From Octopus vulgaris (taxonomy: Eukaryota): 64,000 bases of DNA. The notes under the pieces were generated by a model that was not told where the DNA came from, made no database searches, and saw only the letters and a program-made list of their open reading frames with translations. The DNA lies in the NCBI GenBank assembly GCA_951406725.2, contig OX597831.1:55986001-56050000 (forward strand). The letters run 5' to 3'. Of the stretch, positions 13,411-62,934 are shown in pieces. Position 1 is the first letter of the stretch, and each line of letters begins with the position of its first letter. Made by a program: the position numbers and the translations under genes.

Positions 13411-13651
13411 ATGTAGTATGACGCAGGAAACTAGGAGGCAAGCTAGAAGTTATACAGACTTTCGAGGCCCAAAAGAAAGACAAAATATCCACACATCTTC
13501 AGAGTAACAAAAACTTCACGCGTACACACACACAATACACACTCACGCATGCATATGCATACATACATATGTATTTACACATATGCACACACACACACAC
13601 ACACACACACACGCATGCATATGCATACATACATATGTATTTACACATATG

Positions 13652-13680
<29 letters not shown>

Positions 13681-13682
<2 letters not shown>

Positions 13683-13868
13683 CGTGTGTACCGTTGGCGA
13701 TTTTTTTCCTCTGTCTTCCCTTCTCTGGATCTTTCCTTCTCCTATGTTTCCGACGAAGAGCTCCGCTCGAAACGTTAAACCCTCCTTCTTTCCTGAGCGT
13801 CCAATAATACTATATTTGTTCCACGTCCTCGCGTTGTTGTGTTTTTTTTTGTGCTTTCTTGTTTGGAT

Positions 13869-13872
<4 letters not shown>
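13681..13872 (+). mobile_element. PLE-type 3' fragment containing a minimal hammerhead (13746-13780)
   Basis: GUUU-CCGACGA-A-GAGC ucc GCUC-GAAAC-GUU-AAAC, flanked by (CA)n and (TA)n. Confidence 0.65.
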
Positions 13873-13907
<35 letters not shown>

Positions 13908-14223
13908 ATCAAATAGAGCCATACTGTTCTAGGGTACGTTTACGAGTAGCAATAAGTGGAACGGCCTCTAGATAGAGAGGTAAGCAACGAATAAATCACT
14001 TTGATGGCTAATAAGTTGTGGCCAACAGCAGCAGCACTCATCAGAGTACAGTGACCCGACGGTTAAAATTGGTGAGACTATAAAAAAAAAACTGCCAATG
14101 CCTTATAACGATGCCCTGTAACACCGCTAAACAGTCCCAGCTTCATTTATGGCTTAAACAGATACAGTCCTCACTTTCTCCAGCTTTCATATCTTTGATA
14201 TTCTACGGGATTAAAAGCATGGT

Positions 14224-14859
14224 TGTTGATATGGTGTCTGTGTTTGCTTTCAATTGTACGGGTTTGTAGTGATCCAACAACGGTGCGCGCGCGCGCACCG
14301 TACATTTGTATTTCGCGCGTGTTGGTGCCTTTACCAAGGCACAGAAAGGAAGGGCCCTCTCGCGCATGCGCGAACCACCGGAAGCACGACCCGCTTGCCT
14401 ATCGTGGTAGTTAGCGAGGCAAGGGGGTCGTAGAACGTTTGACCACTAGCGGCAGTCATCGAGGACTTGGGACCCAGCGATTGACGGCGACAGTCACGCA
14501 TATATTCTCTCCGTCTGAACTGATTCTAGCAGTCCTTTGGCCGAAGACTTTTAACCAAAATTGTTGCAGACCAACATCGTCTCCATTGTTCGACGCCATC
14601 TTGGACCCTTTCTGTTTTCATCGGCTGGACATTGTAAATATTACAATCTGTTAACTTTCAGCCTTGCGCGCCCGAATCAAGGACATCAGATAACACACTT
14701 ATTGTTATTGTCAACAAGAAAGAGAATAAAGTAGTTATATATATTTCACGTCTGCGTCTTGTTGTTTCTGACTTGTAGAATTCTGGATTATTAAAGTAAC
14801 GGCTAGTGAGTGATTGCTTTGTGCACCCCAAAAGTCCACGAGGATATTCACACATCACA
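14224..14859 (+). mobile_element. Probable solo LTR
   Basis: GC/CpG-rich island beginning TG and ending ...cacatcaca, AATAAA at ~14727; no clear TSD. Confidence 0.4.
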
Positions 14860-15825
14860 TGAAGCTCGTTTCAGGTTCCTAAAATATGAGTGAATGAATG
14901 GTGCAATGAGAAAGTAAAGTCCAGTTGCACTAAATAATGGTGACAATGGTAGACTTGAGAAACAGGAAGATGCTAGCCGGAAATTAGCTCAAATACGATT
15001 TGTCTGTAATGATCATGAGTATATAGAAGATCGTGCTCATATGACCAGGCTGTCCTATTCAGAGATTGCGACATCTTTCTCAATTCGGATGCATCACAAT
15101 AAAAAGATTTAAAACCGCCCGTTCATCTTAAACCAGCCTGCCTGAGATACTATGCCTTGTTTGGTCTCCATTTCTGTGATCAAATAAAGCAAGAAGGAAA
15201 CTTTAAATTGATTTTTGAATCCTTCAGCGTCAGAACGATAATGGAATAATTCTGGAAGAGCAAAAGAACTACAATGGTTGAAAGAAAATTGAGTTAGGGT
15301 TTGGGTTAGAACTGTAGTATAGACATCGCTCTACTGTCAGAAACACGACTGAAAGAATAGCAAGATTGCAAGAGCAAACAAACAGCTTCTTTTGATCAGG
15401 AAATGAAGATGCTGTACAAAGTGAATCTTGTGTCGGTTTCTCCATCCTCTGCATTCGTTTCTTGTTGCTATTTGTTGAATGTCTTAGGCCTTTGCTAGAA
15501 ACCACTTTGAACATAGTCTATTTCGGTTCAAATAAAAACAATATATCATACTAATCAATACCAAACCAGTTACTATTCACAGGATACCAAAATTTTCATT
15601 GATTTGACAGTCTCTTTCTCTACGTTTTTATAATAAAAGTTTTGACAGGATTTAAATTTTCAACAACTGGATAAAAAATATTTCGTCACAATGAAATCGT
15701 TCTTTTATCGTCATAGTAACGTAATACTGGTTGTCACGACAACGATGATGCTATGGTTTGTTTATAGTTTAGTAGAGTTATAAACTAATAACGAAACAAC
15801 TTCTGGTCTGATTAATAAGAATCGC

Positions 15826-16050
15826 ATCTTAGTCTTAGTCTTGTTCTTAGGTCCTCCTGCACTGTATGGCACATTGGGCGGCAAGGCTTCTCCAACGTGG
15901 TCGCTCAGCCGCGGCGATTTCAGCTTCATCCCATGAAATGTCAATGGATTTGGGGTTATCGATGAAGGTGCGACGCCAAGTTGCTTTTGGTCGTCCTTGT
16001 TTTTTCTTGCCAATAAGTATCACATATTAGATCGTAAATAACCCCGAGGA
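15826..16050 (-). mobile_element. RTE-clade LINE 3' end with (ctaaga)n tail
   Basis: GKKKQGRPKATWRRTFIDNPKSIDISWDEAEIAAAERPRWRSLAAQC...stop. Confidence 0.75.
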
Positions 16051-16317
16051 TTTCCATACATAAAGCTCGTAATAGTAAGTTAGGAGATAATTGTCTTCTG
16101 CTATACTCTTTTACTTGTTTCAGTCACGTGACAGTGGCCATGCTGGAGCACCGCCTTTAGTCGAGCAAATCGACCCCAGGACTTATTCTTTGTAAGCTTA
16201 GTACTTATTCTATCGGTCTCTTTTGCCGAACCGCTAACTTACGGGGACGTAAACACACCAGCATCGGTTGTCAAGCGATGTTGGGGGACAAACACAGAAA
16301 CAAAAACATATACACAC

Positions 16318-16382
<65 letters not shown>

Positions 16383-17209
16383 ACGGGCTTCTTCTTTCAG
16401 TTTCCGTCTACCAAATCCACTCCCAAGGCTTTGGTCGGCCCGAGGCTATAGTAGAAGACACTTGCCGAATATGCCACGCAGTGGGACTGAACCCGGAACC
16501 ATGTGGTTGGTAAGCAAGCTACTTTATTTCATTTAATTTGCCACAAGGGCATTACACAGATAGCAGCTTTGCGGGCTGGACATAGACATTAATGGTATGA
16601 ATGATGGTAATGCAAAAATGATGATGATGGGAGAAGACGAAAAGCGCCCAGCCGCTTTTACGCCTATACTCACTAATTACACTTTTGAAGCGATCGTACG
16701 ACCTTCGAAAGGATGAAAAGTTAGGTCGACTCTAACGGAATTGCAACATGAAGCTTCAGTATAAAAAAAAATGTGGTATTGGTATAACTGTTTAAGTGTC
16801 TTTGTTCCTTATGGGGACAAATGCAAATTTTACAATTTCCTACGTAGACATCTGGATATTGTATATACAATTGATATGCTGCTTGTTTCGGCCGATTCTA
16901 ATGCAAGAATAGTGAGAACTTATCAGACATGGACCGTGAGAGTGTATCCAATAACTTCTGCATGATACCATTTTGGATTTACCGCTGAATATGGAGAAAC
17001 TGGAATCTGCTATCCAAGAGACGAAAACGAGGAACTGCTTCCACAGAATTCCCATGGAAGTTTATGAGTATGGCGGGAAGGAATATGCCATAGACTTCTT
17101 CAACTTTTCGGAGGATGTTGGCGAAACAGTAACCTGTTAAAGCAATTCAAGGATGAACATTTATTTAGTCACCATTTACACACGCGCGCGCAAGCACACG
17201 CACGTATAT

Positions 17210-17240
<31 letters not shown>

Positions 17241-17383
17241 AACACACATATACATCATACAAATATACATAAATATATAGATGCATACTTGGATATATAT
17301 GCACATTATCGCGCATATATGTATATATAGGCATGTTTGTGTACATTCGCAATCCATGAACAGTGATTTTGTGTGAGTATGTA

Positions 17384-17429
<46 letters not shown>

Positions 17430-17841
17430 GTGAGAGGTCAGAAAATGAGGAAGTTGTACAGAGTGAAGCTTGTGTTGGCCTCGCTTTTCAGAACATTCTT
17501 GTCGACAAACTAGTGTAGCTTCTGATGTTATTCCTTGAATGTCTTTTCAAGAAACCACTACGAACAAAGACAATCTTGGTGTTAATAAAACAGTATTTCA
17601 CACCATTCAACAACAAACTGGCTAGTATTCACAAGATAACAGAATATTCAGATATTTGATAGTCTCTTTATCTACGTCTTTATAGTAGAAGTATTAACAG
17701 GATTTTAATTTTCAACTGTTGAATAAAAAGTATTTCGTCACAATGATATCGTTTTTATCGTCATAGTAACGTAATACATTTTGTCATGACAACGACGATG
17801 CTACATGAAATCTTATAGATGGTCTATTGTTCAGGGGATTC

Positions 17842-18349
17842 CTTCTGACACCAAAGGAAAGAAGGTAGCTTTTCTCAGCGTAGTAACCATACTGAAAGAT
17901 GTGGTATGGAAGACGCGAGCAAAAGGGATTGCGACAGGTCAATTCATCTCCGGACGTGGGCTGGTGAATTACTTCGCTGCCCATCTGTCCAGCAAGATCC
18001 GTCTGGAGAGGAGGAGCCTGCCGCAAAGAGAGTTTGGAAAAAGATGGACGACAGTAGTAAGAAAGATGAGAATGCACGAGGCTGTGCTTGCACGGTCGGT
18101 CGGAGCATAAAAGGAAGGAAAAAGATTACCAAAAAGGGATAACCAACCGGTGGGTTAACTCACTAACCCGGACCCAAAACTCACCCGATCATCATTTACA
18201 TTTATATGTTTAACTCTCATACACAATATATGTAAATCCATCCGTTTTTTTACACTGTATGTAAGAAGCGAGAATGTACCTTGAATGTCCCCTGTCTGTC
18301 CTTGTAATGTCCCCTCTATGTAAAACCTTTATAGGTTAATAAAGAAATA
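17842..18349 (+). mobile_element. 5'-truncated L1/Tx1-like LINE with 18-bp TSD
   Basis: TSD ctattgttcaggggattc at 17824-17841 and 18350-18367; open C-terminus LKDVVWKTRAK...LSSKIRLERRSL..EFGKRW, stop at 18110, 3' UTR ending aataaagaaata. Confidence 0.78.
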
Positions 18350-18427
18350 CTATTGTTCAGGGGATTCATAAACTATTAATGAAACAGCTTCTGGCCTGAT
18401 TACTAAAAGTCACAACTAGGTCGCATA

Positions 18428-18538
18428 TACGAGGGGTGTATGAAAAGTTTTGAGCCTTCAAGGCCTTCATCAGAAGTCTTCTGCTATGTTTTGGGTTTTT
18501 TTTTTTTTAGGCTCAAGACTTTTCATACACCCCTCGTA
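18428..18538. mobile_element. ~110-bp mariner MITE (MADE-like)
   Basis: TA-cgaggggtgtatgaaaagttttgagcct ... aggctcaagacttttcatacacccctcg-TA. Confidence 0.88.
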
Positions 18539-19480
18539 TCTCCTGATATTTTGCCAGTGCAGAAACCAGTCCACGTGAGACCAAATACTTATATGTACGT
18601 TAGGAGATTTTATTAACCTGATCTGCTTTCAGTTGATTTCTGTAGAAACCAAGAGATATATACATATCTGGTCAGCATGGCAAAAGTCATTTGTCTCCAA
18701 TCATATAGTTTGCTATACTAAGATTGGAAACAAATTACTTCTGCCATGCTGACTAGATACATTTATGATGCACTAATACAACCCAATTGCTTCTAGGGCA
18801 GATTATCACATAATCTAGTTAAGATAATCCACATTAAGCTTCAATTCAAAAAGACAAACAACATATTAATCCTGGCGGGACATCGACTATAACTGTTTAA
18901 GTGTCTTTATTCCTTAAGAGGACAAATGCTAATTTTACAATTCCCTGCGTAAACATCTGGATATTGTACACGCAATCAATAAGCTGCTTGTTTCGGATTG
19001 TTAATGCAAGAATGATGAGAGATTATCAGACATGGTCCGTGGAAGTGTATCCAACAACTTCCGGCTGATGCCATTTTGAATTTATGCTGAATATGGAGAA
19101 ACTGGAAATTGCTATCACGTGACAAAACTAGAATATGCCTTGTTTCCAGAGAATTTTTATGGAAGTCCCTAAGTACGGTAAGAAGAGACTGTGCTGTAGA
19201 CTTCAGTTTTTGAGAAAATGCTGACAATGCAGTGACCTCATGCAAGACATCAACGATGTATAGTTAGTCACCATTCACATGCGAAAGGGTGACCTGCAAT
19301 ACAATGGACATTTTCAAGGAATTTCCCTACATTCAATTAAAAGACATTTTCTAATAGAACAACACACAAGTGCTTGTAAAATATAACCGAACAAATTCTT
19401 CCTGAAAGTCAGCGAGGATTTTTTATGTCAAGGAACACCAAACGACAAATTCAGGAAAATGGTATTGAAAAGGCTATTAA

Positions 19481-19712
19481 AGGCGGCGAGCTAGCAGAAT
19501 CGTTAGCACGTCGGGCGAAATGCTTAGCGGTATTTCGTCTGCCGTTACGTTGTGAGTTCAAATTCCGCCGAGGTCGACTTCGCCTTTCATCCTTTCGGGG
19601 TCGATAAATTAAGTACCAGTTAAGCACTGGGGTCGATATAATCGACTTAATACCTATGTCTGTCCATGTTTGTCCCCTCTATGTTCAGCCCCTTGTGGGT
19701 AATAAAGAAATA
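19481..19712 (+). mobile_element. SINE family A, tail variant 2, with 16-bp TSD
   Basis: ggtattgaaaaggcta at 19461-19476 and 19713-19728. Confidence 0.88.
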
Positions 19713-20744
19713 GGTATTGAAAAGGCTACGTGCACATGCGCACACACATATCATATAAATATACATTGAAACATATGCATATATGCATACACAAACGTAT
19801 GCATGCGTATGTACATATATGTATGTGTGTGCAAGTATATATACATACATATATAGCTGAAGGATTAAAATTAATCAAAGGACATACTAAGTATGTCTAC
19901 CTACTGGAAATAACAGTGAAAACTCTTAATTAAACTACAAAAATCAAGAGGGCATGTGTGTGTGTACCTATATACAACCATACAAACATACATCCAGCCA
20001 TCCGTCATACATACATACATACATACATACCCACCCAAAGATGTTGCATGACGTTACCGCAATATAATAGATGAAAGGATGACTGCATTTCAATAGTACA
20101 CCATGCATGGATATGTAGGAAGAAAGCTCCGGGATGACAACAATATTGATAATCAAAGCAGTTTATCTTGGATCAACAACTGGTTCACAAACTCTCACTT
20201 TAAAGCGTAACGAATTACAATCAAGGGATGGGAAAAAGTTACCAAATTCTTGATGCACAAAGGAGACACTGATGCGAGAAAAACAACGAAATGGAATAAA
20301 TGATGCAGACTCTGTAACCACTAATATATCACCTACATCATAACCAGTTGTTTGAAAATGTTATCGCGTTATCATCTACCGATGAGACCTTCGTTTTGTA
20401 GCCAGGACGATGTATGAGATCCGTCTGAAAGATAATCCTAAGACTAATGATATAGGAACCAACTGTGCGTAGAGAACATAATCACTCATATGAAAAGAGT
20501 ACTGATGTAATGTCCCTGTGAAAACCTTAATAAAATGCAAACATAATCAACGAAACATAGTGATTTGGGACAGAAAAAAGAAACTGTGTGCAGTAGAAGA
20601 AAGCAGTTGCCCAGTAAATGTCAAAATGAAGCTAATGGTCAGCGGAACTATTGAGAAATTTATAGATACTTCATCCGGACTACAAGTTTTTGATTTGTTC
20701 CTGTAATTATTTGGGTACGGGGATGTGTAACCAATTACCTCTTT

Positions 20745-22377
20745 TTTCCAACCCAGAAATGGAAGCACAACCTTATCGGCGTTCATTTTGAGTTAGTGAC
20801 CGGAAGAAGGCTCCGTGGCTTTCCTGTTCAACAACGAGCACGAAGGTAAAGTCAAGATACGACGATGGAGGATTGAGCTATCTTGTTTCAAATATGATGT
20901 CGTTTATCGGCCAGGTAAGGAGAACAAGACTGCAGATGCTTTTTCTCGGGGTTATTGTGCATTTTCTAACCCTGCCCCTTGGACCTTACACAGCTCCAAG
21001 ATTCCTGGCGCTAAGCAGACATGACACAATTGTTCCATTTCGTACGGTCAAAGAATCTACCATTTTCCACGAATGGCGTAAAATCTGTGACGTCTCAATG
21101 TCCCACATACACCGAACTGAAGCCTAGATTTTTTTGTGCCACCAACAGCTAAACTTGTGAAGGCCATTCAGCTGTTCGAGAGATTAAGTGTAGACTTCAA
21201 GAGTCCACTCCCGTCTACTAATCACAGCGGATACCAACTCTCAATTACCGATAAATTTTCTCGCTTTCTGTTTGCGTTTGCATATTCAGATATATCAGCC
21301 GCTACTGTCATTCATTGTTTCTGCCAACTATTTTCGATTTTTGGACTCCCTTCCTTCATCCATTCTGATTGTGGCGCTACCTTCATGTCAGCGGAACTAA
21401 GACAATTCCTCCATGATAAAGGTATAGCGACCAGTGGGACGACCCCATACAATCCAGCTGGGAATGAACAGGTCGAAAGGCTCAATTCACCCTTATGGAA
21501 AACCATTACTTTGGCGTTGAACTCTAAGAGATTGAGTGCAAGCCATTGGCAATGCATACCCCTTGATGCTCTACATTCCATTCACTCTCTTCTCTGTACG
21601 GCCACTAACACCATGTCTCACGAGAAGCTGTCCAGTTTTCACCGCTGCTTAACTTCTGGGACCTAACTACCAGGACAGCTAGTGAAGAGTGGACTTGTGC
21701 CCTTGAAGAAACAACCGTGGTTTTTAAAATACGACCCAGCTGTAGAAGAGGTTGAGTTACTTGAATGCAATCCACACTTCGCCCATGTACGCTTATCGAG
21801 CGGCAGGGAGGAAACGGTTTCGTTGAAACATCTGACTCCGCAGGAAGATGCGCAATTTTCCAATACACCGACCGAGCTTGATACCTCATCGTGCAACCAG
21901 GATCCTGTGGACGATTTTGAAACGGAAACATCAGCAGACCGGAACCAATGAAGAAGCCAATAGCGCAAAACTTGAACAATTAAAAGCTGGTCAACAACGT
22001 CTATGCTTAAAACAACCTGAGAAACTATCCGAAATACTGTAATGCCTCATACCATTCCTTCCGTTCCCAGGATACATACACTCACTACTCACACACATAC
22101 ATTTTGATGACAAAGAACTTTACAAACTCACCATGTGGTACTCAGATTCTTCAGCGGGGGAGAATATGGTAATAATTACTCTTATTATTACTATTCAGTT
22201 ATTTCCATTGTCTCGCCAGCCAGTTGAAAACGCAGCTTTGGAATGATATTTAAACATGGCTGACTCCTGATCAGGAAAGTTCACGAGTAAAACAACTAAT
22301 GATGGGTACTGAACCCTTGTTCTTAGAAGAATAAAGCCTACTTACGGCTAATCATTTCCAGTCTTCCGTATTCAACA
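20745..22377 (+). mobile_element. Decayed Gypsy/Ty3 LTR retrotransposon (RNase H end, integrase, PPT, 3' LTR ~22165-22377)
   Basis: RWRIELSCFKYDVVYRPGKENKTADAFSR; FERLSVDF, IHSDCGATFMS, TTPYNPAGNEQVERLN; PPT agcgggggagaa at 22153-22164; frameshifts present. Confidence 0.88.
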
Positions 22378-22439
22378 ATCTCACCAGTTTGACAACCAGA
22401 ATTAATTACTACACATACGTACATGCATACATACATACA

Positions 22440-23270
22440 TGTATTTTCCTTGTATCTTTATTTATTTGGGTAACGTTGTCGAATCTATGCTTAAATGAAG
22501 GGACCAAATGCAAAAGACATGCTAGAATCCCCTGACTGTTCACAAAAATTCTAGCGACTGGTGTATTATTTTTGAAATATTCCATAAAACGGTAATCAAC
22601 TCAGTGTAAATTAGTCTTATTAATTGCAGACTCAAAGTATTATTTACATTATGTGTGTCGAATCCTCGAATTCCTACAAAATGCATGCACACACGCACAG
22701 ATAGATAAATAAATAGATAGGCTATCCACCTTTATAGTTCGGGTTTGTAATTTGTCATTTACTAAAACGATTAATTTTCCGTGACATATTTCGAAATATA
22801 AAAACCAAGCAACTGTTAATATTGGACAGTTGCCATTCACACCCGTACATCTCCCTTTCTCCATTGAGCTGTGGATAAATATAGAATTAGTATCTTGTCT
22901 TACAAATATAAATATACTTCCGGCACAACGGATACTACTGTACTATATAGGTTGACTTCGTAGGCACGTACGTCAATATTGACACTGGAATCAAAACTTG
23001 GTAAAATAAACCATAAATTTTATTGTTATTTCAAAATTTTCTTTTTATATTTCCTCCTATATTTTTTCTTATTCATATGGGGTAAGTTCTCGAATCTGTA
23101 CTTAAACAAGGAACCGCTCAAAACAACATATTATAATCCCCTGAATGTTCACAAAAGTTCAAAAAACTGGGGTTGTATTATTTTTTAAATATTCCATAAA
23201 ATAGTAATCAACTCAGTGTAATTAGTCTTATTAATTGCAGGCTCATAAAGTATTATTTACACTATATGAG
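22440..23270 (+). repeat. ~200-bp diverged direct duplication (22440-22650 and 23050-23270)
   Basis: aaatattccataaaa..gtaatcaactcagtgta(a)attagtcttattaattgcag occurs in both. Confidence 0.8.
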
Positions 23271-25786
23271 GCGGTACCCAAAAGAAATCAGAATTTTGCA
23301 ATATTATTTTTATTCACTTAGTTTTACATGTTTACACTTTTATCACCTTCGGAATATTATTTTAAGAGAAACATTATCAGAAATATCGTTGTAGAATAAC
23401 GATGTGTGAGAGGCTGGGTCTGGCTAGTTTGCACATAAAACACATAGAATATTTGGGCCAAATACAGCTGGGTTAAATACTGGTGCAATGGAAATCACTG
23501 AAGTTCTATAGAGATGGGTTAAATGCCATACTGTATTTAGTTTTGTGCGACTCTGTTGCAAGTTCAAAACCCACAGCAGTTGACTTTTCCTTCCAAGATA
23601 AAAAGCAATCAATCAATGCCGGAAATAGACTGACATCAGTTCACAATGGTAAACTATCACCAAACTGAATCTATGATTCAGTTCCAATTTCTAATTGAAG
23701 CTATTTCACTTCATCAATATCACTAACACTCTTGAGTATGAATGTCACATCACATTTCACCACCTACCAACTCATTGCATATTTTGTTGTTTGATAAAGT
23801 GAGTCATCAAGAATATTTCTGCTTATGATAAGAGAAGCATTGAGTATGTAATTAGTCCTCTCCTTATTGACTAGCCCCCCCTCCTACCCTCCTCCAAAAC
23901 TTCAGGCCTCATAGCTAGGATTATGACTAGCAATAGAAGAAAAACAAATGAATCTTGATCTAATAATTTGAGGATTTGTTGGCAACTACTTCCTGCAGGT
24001 CAAATGACTAGTTATAGGCTCCCTCATTAGCTCATGAGATTACACAGAAGCATCCCTGATGACTCAAAACATAAGTTTTCAATATTAATAAGTATGACTC
24101 AACCAAAGATAAGAAATGCCATATTAAAGAAAAAGAAATTTTAAAAAAATAAAATACATTAAAAAACAAAAAGTAAATTATGTACAAATACAGTGAAAAG
24201 AACTATCTAACACTTGGGACATAAACCCCTCAAAACTGAGGAGCACTTTTACTTAACCATCATATAGTTATATATTGGTAATCTTAAAATAAAAAGCAAC
24301 ACAATCTCCTTCGGCAGTAAATCTCTTTTCATTTGTCTTTAATATGTCTTCATTTCTGAAACTTAATTTTACTTCAAGTTCAACATATGAAACTTAAATG
24401 AGCATATTTGTTAAGATTTGGTTGGTTGGTTGGTTTTATTTTTTTATTTGTCTTCTAAATATCTGAGTTTGTTTTGTTGTTTTTCTCTTTTTAAATTGCA
24501 GCTCATAAGAACTGAAGAGTTTGTAGATTAAGTCACTTCTCATTAAGTCTATAGGCATTGAGTCAAAACAGGAGCTCCTTTTTACAAGAAAGAATAGATG
24601 AGTCCAAAGGTCTTTAAGTCATCTGTGTTGGGAGTAGATACGTCAATATATTGCAGGAAAACAATTGTCCATAATTTTAAAATCAATCTTCAAGAATGAA
24701 TGATCTTAACCAAAAGAAATTTGCATTAAATATAAAGCAATTTGGTTGACATTTATCTTCACATTCTCTAATTTAAAACTTATTTAAAAAAAAAAAAAGA
24801 AAAAGAAATATACAATGGTGTCTTGAGTTAGAGATATCAAGACTATTACTATTAAAAACACCTTGAAATTAATTAAGATTAAAAACATTATGATGATATC
24901 AAATAGATTACATCAGTCAGCAGTCAGCTCAAGTGATTACAGTGAAATTATACACTTGTAAATTACAAGCTGGGAGAAAATGTAACATTTGCTGGAAATG
25001 AATATCTGTCAATGATAAGTGTGGTTAATATTGTTCAATACTGAGTAGTTTAACCACACAAAAAAAAAAAATTAACTAAAAACAAACTTTCATTAAATCT
25101 ATGATAATCATATCACAATCTCTCAAATCATGGATAATGAAAGCATTATAAGTTATTTTGTAAATTCCTCAATCTATGATTTACAAGTTAATCACATAAT
25201 TCGGAGATGTTATGACAATCACCAGTGTAAGAGTTTTTGAAATATAAAAAGAAACATCATGGCCATTTTGGATTTCAGTACTGCATATATACAGACACAA
25301 CAACATGACTAGCCTTCAAGCAATCAAGCAGCTATTAGGTAGTTGCTAACATTACTTGATCATGCTCCCAATAAAATACCCAAAAAATCGAAAATGCTTT
25401 TGGATTGGAAGAAGTCTATAGAACACAAGCTATTGAAAAACATTTGGTTGGTCAGAGCATCAGTATTTACTCATGATGAGGGAAAAGGAAATAACGAAAC
25501 GAGAGCACCTGAAGAGATTTGAGGAATGTAGAACTGATGTAATAATAAGTTTTCTTGGTAGAGTAACAGCTTCTTTTAAGGGAGAAGATAAAAAAAAAAA
25601 ATTCTTAAATAAGGCGTCAGAGTGAAAAGAAAGAAAAGAAATGAAGACATTCAGAAGTAGGATTTATCCAAAAGTTAATCCTATTATCATTTCACATTAG
25701 AAAATAACTACCACCATAGCTACAATACGAAAAAAATAAAGAGGAAATTATAAAAATGGTGAGTAGATACTTCAATGCAAAAGACG

Positions 25787-25818
<32 letters not shown>

Positions 25819-25987
25819 TACATACATACATACATACACACACATGCATACACACACACATAAACACATACAAAAAAGAAATTAATGAAATCAGGGTTGT
25901 ATGATAAAACAACGAAAGACAAACAGAATCCTTGTATTCATTTGTTCAAGCTTAGCAAGAATGAGGGTTGCTTTGAGTGGAAACATA

Positions 25988-26064
<77 letters not shown>

Positions 26065-26703
26065 ATATAGTCTCAATTGTCAGATAAATTTCCACATTTG
26101 CTTTTTCATAGTTTGGTTTTTTTTTTCCATTTTTATTTGTTTCAAACTTTGTTTTTTCTTTTTTTAAAAAAGCTTCTTTTTTCCCCCGCTTATTTTGTCT
26201 TTCTTTTGAATAGTGTCAGAAGAAAAGTGGATAACCTAGATTTGTAGTTGTTTAGTATGTTGTGTGCTGTTGGTTCCATACAAACAGTGTGGAAAAACTG
26301 GTCAAACATGGGGGCAACTACAGAAAGACAAAAAGGAAGAACATAAGGTTGCTTTCTTTTAAAGTAGGGGAGATAACTTTAATGGTAGAAATAAATAGGG
26401 TGGAGGAATGGAAATTTCAAACTGCCTCAGGTAAATAAGCCATGACAATAGAGAAGCTCAAAGTTAGTCTAGATGGCAGGCAAACCAAGTACCATTACAG
26501 CTATACAGGTCAAGGGTTTCATAAATTTTTCAAATTTTCCTTTGTTTTTTGTCAGATGTCTTTTTGTTTTTGTTTTTTAATTTTGATACAAAAATTCACT
26601 GGAGCACTGTTTCAAGATAAGTGAGAGAAGAGACACTGCCATCAGCTTCATAAACCATTCTCCTTATTAATGTTGTTGGTAAAAAATAAGTCAGCAGAGG
26701 GCT

Positions 26704-62934
<36,231 letters not shown>

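Larger units (their letters stand above)
15400..19270 (+). repeat. Diverged ~2 kb tandem segmental duplication (unit 1 ~15400-17170, unit 2 ~17440-19270)
   Basis: Collinear blocks, e.g. atttcgtcacaatga..cgt..ttttatcgtcatagtaacgtaatac (15680/17732) and ataactgtttaagtgtcttt...tagtcacca (16784/18889). Confidence 0.85.

Noticed and set aside
14940-15200. Possible exon or LINE remnant
   Set aside because: Only faint RTE-like similarity and no clean splice or ORF support
21136-21666. Functional integrase gene
   Set aside because: Surrounding pol is frameshifted and truncated; Gypsy relic
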